NCBI GenBank assembly: GCA_963710185.1
Contig: CAVPZE010000001.1
Coordinates: 94,831-158,830, forward strand
Direction of reading: 5' to 3'
DNA: 64,000 nt
Origin: an uncultured Alphaproteobacteria bacterium
Lineage (GTDB): Bacteria; Pseudomonadota; Alphaproteobacteria; Rhodobacterales; Rhodobacteraceae
The notes below the pieces were generated by a model, which made no database searches, was not told the DNA's origin, and worked only from the letters and a program-made list of their open reading frames with translations. Shown here piece by piece: positions 59,326-64,000 of this stretch. Numbering within the stretch: position 1 is the stretch's first letter; each line of letters begins with the position of its first letter. The position numbers and the translations under genes are program-made.

Positions 59326-61251
59326 TTAAGGCGGAATGTTTTCGAGGCTCAGGTCAGCAAGATTGGACGTCACGCCGTCTAGAAGTCGCGCGATCGTCTG
59401 CCTCTTGATGGTCCTGTGTTCAACCAGATGGCGTGCCAGAAGTTCTACATAGTGGCGGTTCTGCCGGAGGATTTTACCAGCTCGGGTTTCGGCGCGGGTG
59501 ATGCGCTGAAGGACGCGGTCACGGATGGCAGGGACCGCCAGATGGGCCGAGTCGGAGCCCTGATGCCAGATCGGCCCCTGTATGCCCAAGCCGTAGGTGG
59601 TCTCGATCGCGATGGCCCTGCCGGTTGCGAGCGCGAGGTCGGAATATGCGGGACCGCCTGCGCCTGCCGAGATTTCACCGAGGACCAGCCGCTCTGCCGC
59701 CCTTCCCGCCATCGAGTATGCGATCTCGTTCTCGATATCCGACAGTCGGCATTCATTCTGATAGATGCGGCAGGCGACATTGCCTCCGTCGCGGGTGATC
59801 ATGATCGAGCTGAGTTCACCGATCTTCAGCGCCTTTGCAACAACGGCATGTCCGGCTTCGTGGATGGCAACCCGCCACGTGCGGTCCCGATTTTCGTCAT
59901 CCGGGCGGATGTTCAACTTCGCCTCCAGCATCCCGACCGACAGCATTTTTCGCGCGTGCCGGGCATCAGACCGCGCGGCACGGATCGCCGCGTCAATGTC
60001 CGCCGCGGTCTTGCCAGCCGCCCGACGTGACAGGCTGCGCAGATCGTGTTCCGCAATGTCACTGGACAAATGGAAGCGCAGGATTTCCAGGATCGCGTCG
60101 GCATCGGGCAAGTGAACCTCGATTTTGAGGTCCATTCGGCCGGGTCGGATCGCCGCAGGGTCAATTCTGTCGAAGTGGTTGCAGGTTGCCACAACGATCA
60201 CACCCGGCTCATGGCTTATCCGGTCAAGTTCGGTGAGGACCGTGGTGATCACCTGGGTGCGATAATTCGATGCATGGCGTTCCGGATCAATGCGCGAACC
60301 GACAGCGTCAGATTCGTCGATGATCAAAACACATGGTGACTTTCGTCGAGCCTCCGCAAAGGTGGCAGTCAGTTCGCGCAGCATGTCTCCCAAATGGCCG
60401 GCCGACTGCCACTGCCCGAAGTTGCCTGTCACCAGATTGAAACCGGCGCTGTTTGCGATTGCCTTTGCGAGCCAGGATTTGCCGGTCCCGGGAGCACCAT
60501 AAAGCAACATAGAATGGCTGATTTCATGCCATTCCGCCGCGCCTGCTTTCCACGCTTGCAAGTCAGCTACGATGCGCCGTGCGGCGTTGAGAGCCGCACT
60601 TTCCCCGTTCATGTCCTCGAGGCGCGGGCCGGCAACATTGACATTGCGATATGCGATTTTCCCCAACCGGTCGACGGCGTCATGAAGCATCGGCCCGCGC
60701 AGTGCGGCGCAGATGTCAACGGTGCTCAAGTCACTCAGCTCCGCCTCAGATGGCAAGGCCGCGCGCAGATTTCCAGCTTCCGAAACCTGCTCGGCGAGAT
60801 GTCCGGCCCTAAGGAATATCATCAGGATATCATGCGTTATGGGCGCCAGATCGAACGGCTCAGGCACAGCGATCCGCAGCGCCTGCGGCAACACGATGCC
60901 GTCGGTTTGCAGGATCATGAGCGGCTCAGTTCCGTCCATGTGCTCGTTGACGGAGCGCGTGAAACGGCTCTGGGTGGTCTTTGCCACCTGACCTTCGATC
61001 AAGTCGGGATCTATGATCGTCCAGCGTGCTGGAAAAACATCCTTAATCGTCTCGCGGACCGTTGCAAGATCGTCAACGGGGACCCCCCTGATGACCGTGA
61101 TTGCACCCCTGTGAAATGCCGCGCTCTCGACTTCCGGGGTGGCAAGTGTGGCCGCAATCCGAATGACCGCCAGCAGTTTGCGGCCAGGAACCCTCCGGTT
61201 CAGAAGTTCCGCAGGCTCCGCGAAACGCTCGTCTGGTGCCATACCTTCCAT
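59326..61251 (-). CDS. Soluble FtsH-like AAA+ ATPase / M41 zinc metalloprotease with uncharacterised N-terminal region
   Basis: 641 aa. Walker A GAPGTGKS (nt 60475-60498), Walker B VLIIDESD, sensor/Arg finger AAIRPGRMD, protease motif HEAGH (nt 59848-59862) and a downstream GGPAYSDLALAT helix as in FtsH. No hydrophobic N-terminal helices. The frame stays open upstream to the IS3 edge. Confidence 0.8.
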   Translation of the reverse strand: MEGMAPDERFAEPAELLNRRVPGRKLLAVIRIAATLATPEVESAAFHRGAITVIRGVPVDDLATVRETIKDVFPARWTIIDPDLIEGQVAKTTQSRFTRSVNEHMDGTEPLMILQTDGIVLPQALRIAVPEPFDLAPITHDILMIFLRAGHLAEQVSEAGNLRAALPSEAELSDLSTVDICAALRGPMLHDAVDRLGKIAYRNVNVAGPRLEDMNGESAALNAARRIVADLQAWKAGAAEWHEISHSMLLYGAPGTGKSWLAKAIANSAGFNLVTGNFGQWQSAGHLGDMLRELTATFAEARRKSPCVLIIDESDAVGSRIDPERHASNYRTQVITTVLTELDRISHEPGVIVVATCNHFDRIDPAAIRPGRMDLKIEVHLPDADAILEILRFHLSSDIAEHDLRSLSRRAAGKTAADIDAAIRAARSDARHARKMLSVGMLEAKLNIRPDDENRDRTWRVAIHEAGHAVVAKALKIGELSSIMITRDGGNVACRIYQNECRLSDIENEIAYSMAGRAAERLVLGEISAGAGGPAYSDLALATGRAIAIETTYGLGIQGPIWHQGSDSAHLAVPAIRDRVLQRITRAETRAGKILRQNRHYVELLARHLVEHRTIKRQTIARLLDGVTSNLADLSLENIPP

Positions 61252-61374
61252 TTTTTGAAATAGAGTTTCGAGTTCGCTTGCCTCCTCGTCTTCGTCGAGA
61301 ACATGAACGCCATGGCTTTTGTGCAGGCGGTTGACTGAACCGCCCCGGGTTTGCCGGAGACCAATTAGTCCGTG

Positions 61375-62655
61375 TTACGCGACCATATCGAGTGTGTTCA
61401 AGGTTGCATAGAAGGCCTCCTCTGCTTCTGCGGGTGGTATGTTGCCAATGGGCTCAAGCAGGCGGCGGTTGTTGAACCAATCGACCCATTTGAGGGTTTC
61501 CAGCTCGACCTCCTCCATTGTTTTCCATGAACTGCGCCGCCGGATAACCTCGGTTTTGTAAAGGCCGTTGATGGTCTCGGCCAAGGCGTTGTCCATTGCC
61601 CGGCAATGCATGTTTACATGCATGAGAGGGATAGGCGTCCCCGACGCTGCCAACGGATGGCTCAATGCCCGCCTTTGCCAAGCGCTCGGTGTAGCGAATA
61701 GACACGTATTGCCCACCTCGGTCGCTATGGTGAACCAAACCAGCCTGATAGGCAGGGCGGCGGGCATAAAGCGCCTGTTCCAAAGCATCCAAGACAAAAT
61801 CTGTCTTGGCAGATCGCGACGCTTTCCAGCCGACGATGCGGTTGGCGAAGGTGTCGATCACGAAGGCGACGTAAACGAAGCCCTGCCATGTTGAGACATA
61901 TGTGAAGTCGCTGACCCACAGCATATTTGGCGCTGGTGCTCGGAACTTGCGGTTCACCTTATCGCGTGGACATGGCACTGACGTGTCGGGGATCGTTGTT
62001 TTCATGGCCTTTCCTCGAACGATTCCCCGTAAACCCATGCCTTTCATGAGGCGTGCCACGGTGCAGCGCGCGGTAGCCTCACCCTCGCGGCACAACTGCC
62101 GCCAGGCTTTGCGAACACCATAAACCTTCCAATTGTCATCCCAGACCTTCTGGATTTCAGGCCGTAAAGCCGCATCCCGCTGCTGGCGTGCCGAGGCTCT
62201 GGCCGGATCGGCACGCACTGCAAGGCAAGCATAGTAAGTGGATGGGGCAATCGGCAGCACCCTGCAGATCGACTCGACCCCATGAGCCACGCGATGATCG
62301 TCAATAAAGCCGATCATGGCCTGAACGGGCGGTCGAGTTCCGCCTGAGCAAAATAAGCTGACGCCTTGCGCAATATCTCATTTGCCTGTCGGAGCTGACG
62401 CACTTCCCGCTCCAGATCCCTGATCCGTTCGCGTTCAGCACTGGTCGCACCATCCCGTGCCCCGCTGTCCTTTTCCGCCTGCCGAACCCAGACCCTTAAT
62501 GTCTCCGGGATGCAGCCAATCCTCGGGGCAATCGCAGCGACCGCCGCAGATTGCGTTTCATAGGAGCCTTGATGCTCCAGCACCATGCGAACGGCACGCG
62601 CCCGCATCTCAGGTGAATAACGATTTGATGTCTTACTCTTTTCCATAGCCCTCAT
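61375..62655 (-). pseudogene. IS3 transposase orfA/orfB, with orfB disrupted
   Basis: orfA 62314-62655 (HTH, leucine-zipper tail). orfB 61454-62317 carries DDE residues (…WVSDFTY…HSDRGGQY…) but shifts frame after SVGSVGDAY. The proper continuation DNALAETINGLYKTEV… is in the frame of ORF 61375-61797. Confidence 0.88.
61594..61630. repeat. 37-bp palindromic insertion inside IS3 orfB
   Basis: cattgcccggcaatgcatgtttacatgcatgagaggg lies between codons TAT and GAC of the conserved GD.YDNA motif. It contains cattgcc-c-ggcaatg and atgcatgt-tt-acatgcat palindromes. Confidence 0.7.
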
Positions 62656-62698
62656 CCTTAGTCAGGTTGAAGGTCTCCAGCAAACCCGGGGCGGTTCA

Positions 62699-63552
62699 GT
62701 ATCCGCAACATCCAGCTGCGGCTGCTGCCCGACGATGAGCTACTGCCGCATGAGGTGTCGAAATACGACCAAAAGGTTGTGCTGGAAGCCCTGCACAACT
62801 GCATCGCCCATCAGGATTATACCCATAACCAGCGGATCATCGTGACCGAGAAGCCTGACCGACTGGTGTTTGAGAACGCAGGTCAGTTCTTTGAAGGTGC
62901 CCCCGAGGATTATGTGCGTGGCGACAAGACGCCGCGCGATTATCGCAACCCGTATCTGGTGCAAGCCATGGTCGAGATGGGCATGATCGACCAGATGGGT
63001 TGCGGCATTCAGCGGATGTATGAGACGCAGCGGGAACGCTACCTGCCGATGCCCGATTACGAGATGTCTGGCGATGCAGTGCTGATGACCATCTATGGCG
63101 GTGTCGTCGATCCGGCCTATACTCGGGTGCTGATGGAGAACGGTGGCTTGCAGCTGACCGATGTGCTGGCGCTGGACCGCGCGCAGAAAGGGCTGGAGGT
63201 GCCGGATGGCGCCATTCAGACGCTCAGACGCAAAGGGCTGATTGAAGGGCGAAAGCCACGGCTCCGTGTTTCGGCAGCGGTTGCTGCGGCTTCCTCCAAG
63301 CAAGCGGAATACATCAAAACCCGCGCTTTCGATGATCAGCATTATGCCGATCTGGTGCTGCAATATCTAAGTAAGTTCGGTAGTGCCTCAAGAAAGGAAA
63401 TCGATAAGCTGTTGTGGGATAAGTTGAGCGATGCGCTGGATGATGGACAGAAGAAAAGCAAAATTGGTAATGTTATCAGCAAGCTACGCGTGGATGGGGT
63501 GATCTTTAATGCTGCATCGCGGACTGCACCGGAATGGAAGAAATGCGAATGA
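62699..63552 (+). pseudogene. AlbA_2/HATPase_c_4-type ATP-binding putative regulator, 5'-truncated by the IS3
   Basis: The frame is open from 62701, directly at the IS end. EALHNCIAHQDY…RNPYLVQAMVEMGMIDQMGCGIQRMYE matches the HATPase_c_4 core (ALvNAvaHRDY…RNP.ia..f…G.ie..GsGI.ri). The N-terminal AlbA_2 part is absent. Confidence 0.65.
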
Positions 63553-63617
63553 AGCGGGAACAGCCTAAGAAAGAAATTACGAAAGAAGTGCTGGATTTAA
63601 GAAAGAAACTGCCATGA
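63549..63617 (+). CDS. 22-codon Lys/Glu-rich mini-ORF bridging the truncated gene and res (hypothetical)
   Basis: The ATG overlaps the upstream stop (gaATGAag) and the stop overlaps the res ATG (ccATGAag). Peptide: MKREQPKKEITKEVLDLRKKLP. Confidence 0.3.
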   Translation: MKREQPKKEITKEVLDLRKKLP

Positions 63618-64000
63618 AGATCAAGTTCAAGTCGCAGCTCTACCAGACGCAGGCGGTGGATGCGGTGGTCGATTGCTTTATCGGGCAGCCACGACAGGAT
63701 CCGCTTAAATACACGGTCGACCCCGGCGCGGATGCGCAGTCGCGTCTGGAAGTCGAAGGGTTCGGGAACGGTGCGATCAGGCTGACCGATGATGGAATTC
63801 TGGAGAACATCACTAAGGTCCAGCGACGCGCGATGTTGCCCGTCTCGGACAGCCTGACGTATTTTGCGGACGATCGAGGTATTAGAAAGCCAGCCAGCTA
63901 TAGGCCTGGAGCGGGAATCAATCTTGATGTCGAGATGGAGACGGGCACAGGCAAAACCTATGTCTACATCAAGACGATGTTCGAGATGCACAAGCGATAT
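63614..64000 (+). CDS. res: Type III restriction endonuclease Res subunit (helicase-like), N-terminal 129 codons; continues past the window
   Basis: MKIKFKSQLYQTQAVDAVVDCFIGQP… and helicase motif I LDVEMETGTGKTYVYIKTMFEMHKRY. There is no stop up to position 64000. Confidence 0.75.
   Translation, partial: MKIKFKSQLYQTQAVDAVVDCFIGQPRQDPLKYTVDPGADAQSRLEVEGFGNGAIRLTDDGILENITKVQRRAMLPVSDSLTYFADDRGIRKPASYRPGAGINLDVEMETGTGKTYVYIKTMFEMHKRY

Larger units (their letters stand above)
61336..62698 (-). mobile_element. IS3-family insertion sequence (1363 bp including a 37-bp internal insertion)
   Basis: Terminal inverted repeats tgaaccgccccgggtttgccggagacc (61336→) and tgaaccgccccgggtttgctggagacc (reverse complement of 62698←), 26/27 identical with TG…CA ends. 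Flanks are gac and gta, so there is no direct target duplication. Confidence 0.9.

Noticed and set aside
59023-59329. ORFs of 81 and 69 aa in the alpA-protease gap as possible partner genes
   Set aside because: Composition is Gly/Arg/Cys-rich and biased. They read through a strong hairpin, have no SD, and overlap each other in different frames.

Overview
High-GC chromosomal segment, probably from an alphaproteobacterium of the Rhodobacterales (roseobacter) type. That placement is an inference from gene content (gcrA, pcs, opgC-opgG-opgH, DUF1217, PCu(A)C) and from a GGGGGC-hairpin intergenic repeat. About 95% of the window is ordinary, tightly packed housekeeping DNA: rpsA-ihfB-lapA-trpF; a partial capsule export block (kpsT-kpsE-kdsA plus phosphomannomutase); opgC-opgG-opgH; gcrA; argD-argF; a carnitine-type catabolic operon (BKACE, lipocalin, carnitine dehydrogenase/thioesterase, SDR); gnd; truA; ycjX-GNAT-ycjF; ileS; ogt; pcs; rpmB; PCu(A)C; cobB; infA-maf-rng-yacG-tRNA-Phe. 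Many neighbouring genes overlap by 1-23 nt. Accessory or unusual content falls into five groups. (1) A decayed IS427-like IS5-family element lies at 1471-2293. (2) A 931-bp IS1031-like IS5-family element at 16616-17546 sits inside codon 15 of an ArsR-linked permease gene; its terminal repeat supplies a new in-frame ATG 1 nt after the transposase stop. (3) A 48-nt REP-like repeat family has four loci, two of them near-identical direct copies bracketing the 7.3-kb kps/ars segment. (4) A visibly more AT-rich island starts directly after tRNA-Phe (58374 to the window end). It carries an AlpA-like regulator, an orphan soluble FtsH-like AAA+/M41 metalloprotease with an uncharacterised ~240-aa N-terminal region, an IS3 element without target duplication whose orfB is broken by a 37-bp palindromic insertion, a 5'-truncated AlbA_2/HATPase_c_4-type gene, a 22-codon bridging mini-ORF, and the start of a type III restriction Res gene with no Mod gene in view. 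(5) Smaller oddities are listed in the findings. The FtsH-like protease module in the tRNA-Phe island is my best candidate for an undescribed system, but it may be a damaged remnant. All product calls rest on my recognition of motifs in the supplied translations; no database search was run.
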